DNA of 64,000 nt from Eledone cirrhosa (taxonomy: Eukaryota). Numbering within the stretch: the first letter of the stretch is position 1; every line of letters starts with the position of its first letter. The translations under genes were made by a program, and so were the position numbers. The stretch spans positions 402,814,001 to 402,878,000 of the forward strand of contig OZ024741.1 of assembly GCA_964016885.1 (NCBI GenBank), written 5' to 3'. This document shows, piece after piece, positions 53,301 to 64,000 of this stretch. The notes below the pieces were generated by a model, which was given only the letters and a program-made list of their open reading frames with translations, was not told where the DNA came from and searched no databases.

Positions 53301-53673
53301 TGTTTCTACTTTTGGCACAAGGCCAGCAATTACCCCAGTGTATTACTGGTACTTTATTTTATCGACCCCGTAAGCATGAAAGGCAAAGTTAACCTCGGCG
53401 GCATTTGAACTCAGACCATAAAGGGACGTAACTCTTTGCTGCAAAGCTTGGCGTCCGACCCTCTACCGATACTGCCAATCCACCGCCCTATGAGTTTCTA
53501 CTTTTGGCACAAGGCCAGCGATTACCTCAGTGTATTACTGGTACTTTATTTTATCGACCCCATAAGGATGAAAGGCAAAGTTAACCTCGGCGGGATTTGA
53601 ACTCAGAACGGCAAGGGCCATAACTCTCTGCGTCAAAGCATGGCGTCCGACCCTCTACCGATACTGCCAATCC
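53301..53673 (-). mobile_element. head-to-tail dimer of the second SINE family
   Basis: Two diverged reverse-complement copies of 47398-47586, at 53301-53489 and 53494-53673. Confidence 0.85.
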
Positions 53674-53766
53674 ATAATGTACACTATACACTAATGCAGT
53701 GATTATCAACTGTTTGTGTGTCCTTTGAGGTGTAGGGCCTAGTGTTGTGGGTTCCATTCCTGGGCT

Positions 53767-54331
53767 GGGTGGTACCTGGCCTAGTGGTAAGGGTGTTGGA
53801 CTTATGATCATAATGTCGTGGGTTTGATTCCTGGACTGGGTGGTATGTGGCCTAGTGGTAAGGGTGTTGGACTTATGATCGTAATGTCGTGGGTTTGATT
53901 CCTAGACTGGGTGGTACATGGCCTAGTGGTAAGGGTGTTAGACTTATGATCGTAATGTCGTGGGTTTGATTCCTAGACTGGGTGGTACGTGGCCTAGTGG
54001 TAAGGGTGTTGGACTTATGATCGTAATGTCGTGGGTTTGATTCCTGGACTGGGTGGTACGTGGCCTAGTGGTAAGGGTGTTAGACTTATGATCGTAATGT
54101 CGTGGGTTTGATTCCTAGACTGGGTGGTACGTGGCCTAGTGGTAAGGGTGTTGGACTTATGATCGTAATGTCGTGGGTTTGATTCCTGGACTGGGTGGTA
54201 CGTGGCCTAGTGGTAAGGGTGTTGGACTTATGATCGTAATGTCATGGGTTTGATTCCTGGACTGGGTGGTACATGGCCTAGTGGTAAGGGTGTTGGACTT
54301 ATGATCATAATGTCGTGGGTTTGATTCCTGG
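53767..54331 (+). repeat. 8 tandem copies of a 71-bp tRNA-like SINE head; the last continues into a SINE body (to about 54540)
   Basis: Units start at 53767, 53838, 53909, 53980, 54051, 54122, 54193 and 54264. Each has TGGCCTAGTGG (A box) and GGTTTGATTCC (B-box-like). Confidence 0.88.
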
Positions 54332-54710
54332 AGTGAGTTCTGTTGTGTTTTCAAGCAAAACACTTCCTTTCATGCTGCTCCAGTCAGTATACTCAGCTGA
54401 AAATGAGTACCAGCAACAATAACTGAGGGGTTTAACTATGCAACAGACTGTTATACTGTCTAGGAGGGAGTTTTGTCTCTTCAGTTGCTTCACACCTTGG
54501 AAACCAGAATAATCACCAGCTTGATGTGTCTCCAGGCTCAAAACAGACTTTAACATTGCATCCTGTTGCTGATCCTATCTACCGGTCACAACACCAGTCA
54601 GAAAGTGGCAAAATTTAAATTTAAAACTCATAGATATTGTTGAAGGAATTTACGATAAGCCCCATAGAGTTCTTTTGAATGCCATCTGACAGAGAGAAAG
54701 GGTATTTTAA

Positions 54711-55501
54711 CCCTTTAGCATGTACATTACTCTATATTTACTGTTATATTTTCATGGTAAAGGCTTTACCTCACATAACTACCTCACATAACATTTACAT
54801 TACTCTATATTTACTCTTATATTTTCATGGTAAAGGCTTTACCTCACATAACTACCTCACATAACATTTACATTACTCTATATTTACTGTTATATTTTCA
54901 TGGTAAAGGCTTTACCACACATAACTACCTCACATAACATTTACATTACTCTATATTTACTGTTATATTTTCATGGTAAAGGCTTTACCTCACATAACTA
55001 CCTCACATAACATTTACATTACTCTATATTTACTGTTATATTTTCATGGTAAAGGCTTTACCTCACATAACTACCTCACATAACATTTACATTACTCTAT
55101 ATTTACTGTTATATTTTCATGGTAAAGGCTTTACCTCACATAATATCTCACATAACATTTACATTACTCTATATTTACTATTGTATTTTCATAGTAAAGG
55201 CTTTATCTCACATAACTACCTCACATAACCTTTACATTACTTTATATTTACTATTGTATTTTCATGGTAAAGGCTTTACCTCACATAACCTTTACATTAC
55301 TCTATATTTACTATTATATTTTCATTGTAAAGGCTTTACCTCACATAACTATGTCACATAATATCGAATCTATGAGATTTTGATAAATTTTATTTTGAGA
55401 ACAATACCTTAACATCAGTATGAGTGACCAATTACAGCCAGTTAGAACAGAGTGAGGTGAGAGAATTCTGGCCGGATACAGCTGGTTTAAATAGTAAAGG
55501 G
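54711..55501. mobile_element. piggyBac-like MITE
   Basis: TTAA|CCCTTTA...TAAAGGG|TTAA, with TTAA at 54707-54710 and 55502-55505. Confidence 0.75.
54723..55349. repeat. 73-bp minisatellite (about 8.5 copies) inside the MITE
   Basis: Units at 54723, 54796, 54869, 54942, 55015, 55088 and onward; each has hairpin GGTAAAG-G-CTTTACC. Confidence 0.92.
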
Positions 55502-55514
55502 TTAAGGCAGTGCT

Positions 55515-55752
55515 TGTGAAGGCGCATGGCTTAGTGGTTAGAGCATTGGGCTTGCAATCGAAAGGTTGTGAGTTCAATTCTCGGACCGGGTGATGTGTTG
55601 TTTCCTTGAGCAAGACACTTTATTTCATGTTGCTGTAGAAATGAGATGATAGGACTGGGGTCCCTATCATTAAATCACCCAAGACACCACCAACGAGATA
55701 TACCTTGGAGGAGGCCAGCTAAACCTGCATAGATGTGAGCTACAACAACAAC
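55515..55752 (+). mobile_element. SINE sharing the head and hairpin of the satellite SINE, with a different 3' half and a (CAA)n tail
   Basis: GGCGCATGGCTTAGTGG...GTCCCTATCAT then unrelated sequence. TSD-like AAGGCAGTGCT (55504-55514) and AAGGCAGTACT (55753-55763). Confidence 0.82.
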
Positions 55753-55945
55753 AAGGCAGTACTCCAGCATGACCACTGTCCAATGACTAAAACCAGCTTA
55801 ATTCCTGAGATATTATTGATATTGCAGCAGCTGGATTGGTAATATTGTATTATCTACCCGGAATGTGTGATCTGAGTTGATTGAGCTAGGAATGGAGTAG
55901 ATTAGTTGCTACGAGGTGGCTGTATTTCTTCTCTTCTTTTCTCAG

Positions 55946-56045
55946 TGACTCTACCAATTCCCCTCTCAACATTCTAATAATAGTAAAGATGATAATGGTG
56001 TTTATACTTTGCTGGGCTGTTGCTATGGTCACTGATGTGGCTTAG
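55946..56045 (+). CDS. speculative terminal exon encoding a hydrophobic C-terminal tail
   Basis: Strong acceptor TATTTCTTCTCTTCTTTTCTCAG|. The longest open frame (phase 2, matching the 46903 donor) reads DSTNSPLNILIIVKMIMVFILCWAVAMVTDVA*. No recognised homology. Confidence 0.22.
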
Positions 56046-56139
56046 ATGCAGGCAACTGGAAAAGAAAAGGAAAAATTAACAAAAAAAAGCAAAAAAAAAG
56101 ATGTTTGGTGAAATGATAATGAAGATACGAGGTTGTTAT

Positions 56140-59100
56140 AGTGATGATGGTGGTGTTGGTGTTGGTAGTGGTGGTGGTGGTGGTGGTAGTGTTGGTGCTG
56201 GTGTTGGTGCTGGTGGTGGTGGTGGTGGTGGTGGTGGTGATGGTGTTGGGGTGGTGCTGGTGTTGGTGGTGGTGGTGGGGGTGGTGGTGGTGGTGGTGGT
56301 GGTGGTGGTGGAGGTGGTGGTGGTGTTGGGGTGGTGCTGGTGCTGGTGTTGGTGGTGGTGGGGGTGGGGGTGGTGGGGGTGATGGTGGTGGTGGTGGTGT
56401 TGGGGTGGTGCTGGTGTTGGTGGTGGTGGTGGTGGTGGTGTTGAGGTGGTGGTGGTGGTGGTGCTGGTGTTGGTGGTGGTGGTGGTGCTGGTGTTGGTGA
56501 TGATGGTGATGGTGAAGTTGGTGGTGGTGGTGATGGTGTTGAGGTGGTGGTGGTGGTGGTGCTGGTGTTGGTGGTGGTGGTGGTGCTGGTGTTGGTGATG
56601 ATGGTGATGGTGAAGTTGGTGGTGGTGGTGGTGGTGCTGGTGTTGGTGGTGGTGGTGGTGCTGGTGGTGGTGGTGGTGGTGGTGGTGGTGGTGGTGTGGT
56701 GGTGGTGGTGTTGGTGGTGGTAGTGTTGGTGGTGTTGGTGGTGGTGGTGTTGGTGGTGGTGGTAGTGGTGGTGGTGGTGGTGGTAGTGTTGGTGGTGTTG
56801 GTGGTGGTGGTAGTAGTGGTGGTGTTGGTGGTGGTGGTGGTGGTGGTGGTGGTTGTGGTAGCGGTGGTGGTGGCGGTAGTGATGGTGGTGTTGGTGGATG
56901 TGGTGGTGGTGGTGTTGGTGGTGTTGGTGGTGTTGGTGGTGATGGTGGTGTTGATGGTGTTGGTTATGTTGGTTATGTTGATGGTGGCAGTTGTTGTGGT
57001 AGTGTTGGTGGTAGTGTTGGTGGTGGTGGTGGTGGAGGTGGTGTTGGTGGTGGTATTAGCTATGTTGGTGGTGTTGGTAGTTGTGGTAGTGTTGGTGGTA
57101 GTGTTGGTGGTAATGGTAGTTGTGGTAATGTTGGTGGTGGTGGTGGTAGTTGTGGTAGTGTTGTTGGTGGTGGTACTTGTGGTAGTGTTGGTGGTGGTGG
57201 TAGTTGTGATAGTGTTGATAGTGGTGGTAGTTGTGGTAGTTGTGGTAGCGTTGGTGGTGGTAGTGTTGGTGGTAGTGTTGGTGGTGGTGGTAGTTTTGGT
57301 AGTGTTGGTGGTGGTGGTAGTTGTGATAGTGTTGGTGGTGGTTGTGTTGGTGGTAGTGTTGGTGTTGGTGGTAGTTGTGATAGTTGTGGTGGTGGTGGTA
57401 GTTGTGGTAGTGTTGATGGTGGTGGTAGTTGTGGTAGTGTTGGTGTTGGTGGTAGTTGTGGTAGTGTTGGTGGTTGTGGTAGTTGTGGTAGTTGTGGTAA
57501 TGTTGGTGGTAGTGTTGGTAGTGTTGGTGGTGGTGGTAGTTGTGGTAGTTGTGGTAGTGTTGGTAGTTGTGGTAGTGTTCGTAGTGGTGGTAGTGGTGGT
57601 AGTTGTGGTAGTGGTGGTAGTGATGGTAGTGGTGGTAGTTGTGGTAGTTGTGGTAGTTGTGGTAGTGTTCGTAGTTGTGGTAGTGGTGGTAGTTGTGGTA
57701 GTGCTGGTAGTTGTGGCAGTGGTGGTAGTTGTGGTAGTGGTGGTAGTGGTGGTAGTGGTGGTAGTTGTGGTAGTTGTGGTAGTGGTAGTAGTTGTGGTAG
57801 TTGTGGTAGTAGTGGTGGTAGTGGTGGTAGTTGTGGTAGTTGTGGTATTGGTGGTAGTTGCGGTAGTGGTGGTAGTTGTGGTAGTGGTGGTAGTGGTAGT
57901 AGTTGTGGTAGTTGTGGTAGTGGTGGTAGGGGTGGTAGTTGTGGTAGTTGTGGTAGTGGTGGTAGTTGTGGTAGTTGTGGTAGTGGTGGTAGTTGTGGTA
58001 GTGGTGGTAGTGATGGTAGTGGTGGTAATTGTGGTAGTTGTGGTAGTTGTGGTAGTGTTGGTAGTTGTGGTAGTGGTGGTAGTTGTGGTAGTGCTGGTAG
58101 TTGTGGCAGTGGTGGTAGTTGTGGTAGTGGTGGTAGTGGTGGTAGTGGTGGTAGTTGTGGTAGTGCTGGTAGTTGTGGTAGTGGTGGTAGCTGTGGTAGT
58201 GGTGGTAGTTGTGGTAGTGCTGGTAGGTGTGGCAGTGGTGGTAGTTGTGGTAGTGGTGGTAGTGGTGGTAGTGCTGGTAGTTGTGGCAGTGGTGGTAGTT
58301 GTGGTAGTGGTGGTAGTTGTGGTAGTGGTGGTAGTGGTGGTAGTGGTGGTAGTTGTGGTAGTTGTGGTAGTGCTGGTAGTTGTGGTAGTGGTGGTAGTTG
58401 TGGTAGTGGTGGTAGTTGTGGTAGTGGTGGTAGTGGTGGTAGTTGTGGTAGTTGTGGTAGTGCTGGTAGTTGTGGTAGTGGTGGTAGTTGTGGTAGTGGT
58501 GGTAGTGATGGTAGTGGTGGTAGTTGTGGTAGTTGTGGTAGTTGTGGTAGTGTTGGTAGTTGTGGTAGTGGTGGTAGTTGTGGTAGTGCTGGTAGTTGTG
58601 GTAGTGGTGGTAGTTGTGGTAGTGGTGGTAGTGGTGGTAGTTGTGGTAGTTGTGGTAGTGTTGGTAGTTGTGGTAGTGGTGGTAGTGGTGGTAGTGGTGG
58701 TAGTTGTGGTAGTGGTGGTAGTGGTGGTAGTGGTGGTAGTTGTGGTAGTTGTGGTGGTAATGGTGGTAGTGGTGGTAGTGGTGGTATTTGTGGTAGTTGT
58801 GGTAGTTGTGGTAGTGTTGGTAGTTGTGGTAGTGGTGGTAGTTGTGGTAGTGGTGGTAGTGGTAGTAGTTGTGGTAGTTGTGGTAGTGGTGGTAGTGGTG
58901 GTAGTGGTGGTAGTTGTGGTAGTTGTGGTAGTGGTGGTAGTTGTGGTAGTTGTGGTAGTGGTGGTAGTTGTGGTAGTGGTGGTAGTGATGGTAGTGGTGG
59001 TAATTGTGGTAGTTGTGGTAGTTGTGGTAGTGGTGGTAGCTGTGGTAGTGGTGGTAGTTGTGGTAGTGCTGGTAGGTGTGGCAGTGGTGGTAGTTGTGGT

Positions 59101-60260
59101 AGTGGTGGTAGTGGTGGTAGTGCTGGTAGTTGTGGCAGTGGTGGTAGTTGTGGTAGTGGTGGTAGTTGTGGTAGTGGTGGTAGTGGTGGTAGTGGTGGTA
59201 GTTGTGGTAGTTGTGGTAGTGCTGGTAGTTGTGGTAGTGGTGGTAGTTGTGGTAGTGGTGGTAGTTGTGGTAGTGGTGGTAGTGGTGGTAGTGGTGGTAG
59301 TTGTGGTAGTTGTGGTAGTGCTGGTAGTTGTGGTAGTGGTGGTAGTTGTGGTAGTGGTGGTAGTGATGGTAGTGGTGGTAGTTGTGGTAGTTGTGGTAGT
59401 TGTGGTAGTGTTGGTAGTTGTGGTAGTGGTGGTAGTTGTGGTAGTGCTGGTAGTTGTGGTAGTGGTGGTAGTTGTGGTAGTGGTGGTAGTGGTGGTAGTT
59501 GTGGTAGTTGTGGTAGTGTTGGTAGTTGTGGTAGTGGTGGTAGTGGTGGTAGTGGTGGTAGTTGTGGTAGTGGTGGTAGTGGTGGTAGTGGTGGTAGTTG
59601 TGGTAGTTGTGGTGGTAGTGGTGGTAGTGGTGGTAGTGGTGGTATTTGTGGTAGTTGTGGTAGTTGTGGTAGTGTTGGTAGTTGTGGTAGTGGTGGTAGT
59701 TGTGGTAGTGGTGGTAGTGGTGGTAGTGGTGGTAGTGCTGGTAGTTGTGGTGGTAGTTGTGGTAGTGGTGGTAGTTGGTAGAGGTGGTAGTTGTGGTAGT
59801 GGTGGTAGTGGTGGTAGTTGTGGTAGTGGTGGTAGTGGTGGTAGCGGTGGTAGTGGTGGTAGTTGTGGTAGTTGTGGTAGTTGTGGTAGTTGTGGTAGTG
59901 GTGGTAATGGTGGTAGTGGTGATAGTTGTGGTAGTGGTGGTAGTTGTGGTAGTGGTGGTAGTTGTGGTAGTGCTGGTAGTTGTGGTATTGGTGGTAGTGG
60001 TGGTAGTTGTGGTAGTGGTGGTAGTTGTGGTAGTGGTGGTAGTTGTGGTAGTTGTGATAGTTGTGGTAGTTGTGATAGTTGTGGTAGTGGTGGTAGTGGT
60101 GGTAGTGATGGTAGTTGTGGTAGTTGTGGTAGTGGTGGTAATGGTGGTAGTGGTCGTAGTGTTGGTAGTGGTGGTAGTTGTGGTAGTTGTGGTAGTGTTG
60201 GTAGTGGTGGTAGTGGTGGTAGTGGTGGTAGTTGTGGTAGTTGTGGTAGTGTTGGTGTTG
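56140..60260. repeat. (GGT)n-derived low-complexity array grading into a 9-bp GGTAGT(T/G)GT period
   Basis: Direct reading; an internal duplication with 849-bp offset is visible from rare variants. Confidence 0.95.
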
Positions 60261-60321
60261 GTTCTGTAAGTGGTGCTGGTTAATTGAGGTTAACTTTACA
60301 TTTCAGTTTAAGGTGAGTGTG

Positions 60322-60455
60322 GGTTGGTGGAATTGTTAAAACATTGGATGAGGTGCCTTGTGGTATTTCTTAGGGCTCCTTGCATCCACAGTTCAAATCC
60401 TGCTGAAGTTAACTTTCATCTTCATTCGTCAGGGTCACAAAAATAAAATACTGGC
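60322..60455 (+). mobile_element. degenerate copy of the second SINE family
   Basis: GTTCAAATCCTGCTGAAGTTAACTTT...AAATAAAATACTGG resembles 47476-47542. Confidence 0.6.
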
Positions 60456-60530
60456 CCAGCATGGTTGACTGGCACAATTGTTAGAGTATTGGGTGAGATA
60501 CTTTACAATATTTGACCCAGCACTTTGTAT

Positions 60531-61069
60531 TTTAAGCTAATATATATATGGCTTACCTGGATGGTAGATTTAAGCTAATATATATATGGCTTACCTGGAT
60601 GGTAGATTTAAGCTAATATATATATGGCTTACCTGGATGGTAGATTTAAGCTAATATATATATGGCTTACCTGGATGGTAGATTTAAGCTAATATATATA
60701 TGGCTTACCTGGATGGTAGATTTAAGCTAATATATATATGGCTTACCTGGATGGTAGATTTAAGCTAATATATATATGGCTTACCTGGATGGTAGATTTA
60801 AGCTAATATATATATGGCTTACCTGGATGGTAGATTTAAGCTAATATATATATGGCTTACCTGGATGGTAGATTTAAGCTAATATATATATGGCTTACCT
60901 GGATGGTAGATTTAAGCTAATATATATATGGCTTACCTGGATGGTAGATTTAAGCTAATATATATATGGCTTACCTGGATGGTAGATTTAAGCTAATATA
61001 TATATGGCTTACCTGGATGGTAGATTTAAGCTAATATATATATGGCTTACCTGGATGGTAGATTTAAGC
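60531..61069. repeat. 38-bp minisatellite, 14 apparently identical copies plus 7 bp
   Basis: Unit TTTAAGCTAATATATATATGGCTTACCTGGATGGTAGA. Confidence 0.95.
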
Positions 61070-63912
61070 CAGACACTGGCAAATTGTGGCCCATTTGGCT
61101 TTCTGAATAGCACACCTAACTCCAAAAGAGCATTAAATTTTTTAGTAGCGTAGCCTGTCTTATGATGAGTAATATCCTATGTGGTCCACCTTATGATGAG
61201 CCACATCCTATGTAGTCCACCTTATGATGAGTCACATCCTATGTGGTCCACCTTATGATGAGCCACATCCTATGTGGTCCACCTTATGATGAGCCACATC
61301 CTATGTGGTCCACCTTATGATGAACCACATCCTATGTGGTCCACCTTATGATGAGTCACATCCTATGTGGTCCACCTTATGATGAGCCACATCCTATGTG
61401 GTCCACCTTATGATGAGTCACATCCTATGTGGTCCACCTTATGATGAACCACATCCTATGTGGTCCACCTTATGATGAACCACATCCTATGTGGTCCACC
61501 TTATGATGAGTCACATCCTATGTGGTCCACCTTATGATGAGCCACATCCTATGTGGTCCACCTTATGATAAACCACATCCTATGTGGTCCACCTTATGAT
61601 GAACCACATCCTATGTGGTCCACCTTATGATGAGTCACATCCTATGTGGTCCACCTTATGATGAACCACATCCTGTGTGGTCCACCTTATGATGAACCAC
61701 ATCCTATGTGGTCCACCTTATGATGAGTAACATCCTATGTGGCCCACCTTATGATGAGTAACATCCTATGTGGCCCACCTTATGATGAGTCACATCCTAT
61801 GTGGCCCACCTTACGATGAGTCACATCCTATGTGGTCCACCTTATGATGAGTAACATCCTATGTGGTCCACCTTATGATGAGTAACATCCTATGTGGCCC
61901 ACCTTATGATGAGTCACATCCTATGTGGTCCACCTTATGATGAACCACATCCTATGTGGTCCACCTTATGATGAGTAACATCCTATGTGGTCCACCTTAT
62001 GATGAGCCACATCCTATGTAGTCCACCTTATGATGAGTCACATCCTATGTGGTCCACCTTATGATGAGTAACATCCTATGTGGTCCACCTTATGATGAAC
62101 CACATCCTATGTGGTCCACCTTATGATGAACCACATCCTATGTGGTCCACCTTATGATGAGTAACATCCTATGTGGTCCACCTTATGATGAACCACATCC
62201 TATGTGGTCCACCTTATGATGAGTAACATCCTATGTGGTCCACCTTATGATGAGTAACATCCTATGTGGTCCACCTTAAGATGAGCCACATCCTATGTGG
62301 TCCACCTTATGATGAGTAACATCCTATGTGGTCCACCTTATGATGAGTAACATCCTATGTGGTCCACCTTATGATGAGTAACATCCTATGTGGTCCACCT
62401 TATGATGAACCACATCCTATGTGGTCCACCTTATGATGAGTAACATCCTATGTGGTCCACCTTATGATGAGTAACATCCTATGTAGTCCACCTTATGATG
62501 AGTCACATCCTATGTGGTCCACCTTATAATGATCCACATCCTATGTTGTCCACCTTATGATGAGTAACATCCTATGTGGTTCACCTTATGATGAGTAACA
62601 TCCTATGTGGTCCACCTTATGATGAGTAACATCCTATGTAGTCCACCTTATGATGAGTCACATCCTATGTGGTCCACCTTATAATGAGCCACATCCTATG
62701 TGGTCCACCTTATAATGAGCCACATCCTATGTGGTCCACCTTATGATGAGTAACATCCTATGTGGTCCACCTTATGATGAGTCACATCCTATGTGGTCCA
62801 CCTTATGATGAGCCACATCCTATGTGGTCCACCTTATGATGAGCCACATCCTATGTGGTCCACCTTATGATGAGTAACATCCTATGTGGTCCACCTTATG
62901 ATGAGTAACATCCTATGTGGTCCACCTTATGATGAGTAACATCCTATGTGGTCCACCTTATGATGAACCACATCCTATGTGGTCCACCTTATGATGAGTA
63001 ACATCCTATGTGGTCCACCTTATGATGAGTAACATCCTATGTGGTCCACCTTATGATGAACCACATCCTATGTGGTCCACCTTATGATGAGTAACATCCT
63101 ATGTGGTCCACCTTATGATGAACCACATCCTATGTGGTCCACCTTATGATGAGTAACATCCTATGTGGTCCACCTTATGATGAACCACATCCTATGTGGT
63201 CCACCTTATGATGAGTCACATCCTATGTGGTCCACCTTATGATGAGTCACATCCTATGTGGTCCACCTTATGTTGAGTCACATCCTATGTGGTCCACCTT
63301 ATGATGAGCCACATCCTATGTGGCCCACCTTATGATGAACCACATCCTATGTGGTCCACCTTATGATGAGTCACATCCTATGTGGTCCACCTTATGATGA
63401 ACCACATCCTATGTGGTCCACCTTATGATGAACCACATCCTATGTGGTCCACCTTATGATGAGTAACATCCTATGTGGTCCACCTTATGATGAACCACAT
63501 CCTACGTGGTCCACCTTATGATGAACCACATCCTATGTGGTCCACCTTATGATGAGTCACATCCTATGTGGTCCACCTTATGATGAACCACATCCTATGT
63601 GGTCCACCTTATGATGAACCACATCCTATGTGGTCCACCTTATGATGAGTAACATCCTATGTGGTCCACCTTATGATGAACCACATCCTACGTGGTCCAC
63701 CTTATGATGAACCACATCCTATGTGGTCCACCTTATGATGAGTAACATCCTATGTGGTCCACCTTATGATGAGCCACATCCTATGTGGTCCACCTTATGA
63801 TGAACCACATCCTATGTGGTCCACCTTATGATGAGCCACATCCTATGTAGTCCACCTTATGATGAGCCACATCCTATGTGGCCCACTGCGTGAAAAATGG
63901 TGCCTATGCCTG
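61070..63912. mobile_element. hAT (Charlie-like) MITE inflated by an internal minisatellite
   Basis: Imperfect TIRs CAGACACTGGCA / TGCCTATGCCTG; 8-bp flanks ATTTAAGC / ATTTAAAT; GTGGCCC subterminal motifs near both ends. Confidence 0.55.
61159..63886. repeat. 31-bp minisatellite, about 88 copies
   Basis: Unit CCTTATGATG(AGTA/AGTC/AGCC/AACC)ACATCCTATGTGGTCCA. Confidence 0.96.
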
Positions 63913-64000
63913 ATTTAAATCATCACCTCTTTTAACACCACCACCTGGTGGATGATTTCATATGAATGAAACAGCTCTAGTCCTGTACAAGCCTTTTCTA

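Noticed and set aside
53767-54331. tRNA gene cluster
   Set aside because: No proper acceptor or anticodon stems, no spacers or terminators, and the last unit runs into a SINE body.
56696-60283. 1195-aa poly-Val / Gly-Ser-Cys ORF
   Set aside because: Stop-free frame of a GGT-derived repeat; implausible composition, no ATG start and no splice evidence.
61159-63886. Tandem box C/D snoRNA array (ATGATGA in each unit)
   Set aside because: No box D (CTGA) and the 31-bp unit is too short.

Overview
Eukaryotic, almost entirely repetitive DNA. The SINE, LINE and MITE families resemble those I associate with octopus (coleoid cephalopod) genomes; that assignment is an inference. Positions 1-34940 are a 56-bp satellite of roughly 560 monomers. 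Ten near-identical copies of one ~340-bp tRNA-derived SINE sit in it, all at the same monomer position, and appear to have been co-amplified with the array. Positions 34941-64000 are a dense patchwork: decayed RTE-type LINEs (one with a PHD finger), a near full-length ORF2 of a Tx1/L1-type LINE inside (GATA)n, a non-autonomous Helitron, many SINE fragments, and piggyBac-like and hAT-like MITEs that each hold an expanded minisatellite. There is also an 8x tandem array of tRNA-like SINE heads and about 4 kb of GGT-derived repeat. Six type-I hammerhead ribozyme motifs of four different sequence types are present, some in Penelope/retrozyme-like direct and inverted repeat structures. The only credible host coding sequence is one internal exon (46737-46903) resembling the R7BP/R9AP family of RGS-anchoring proteins. 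There is no CRISPR array or prokaryotic system, and most listed ORFs are repeat artefacts. All coordinates and structures were read by eye.
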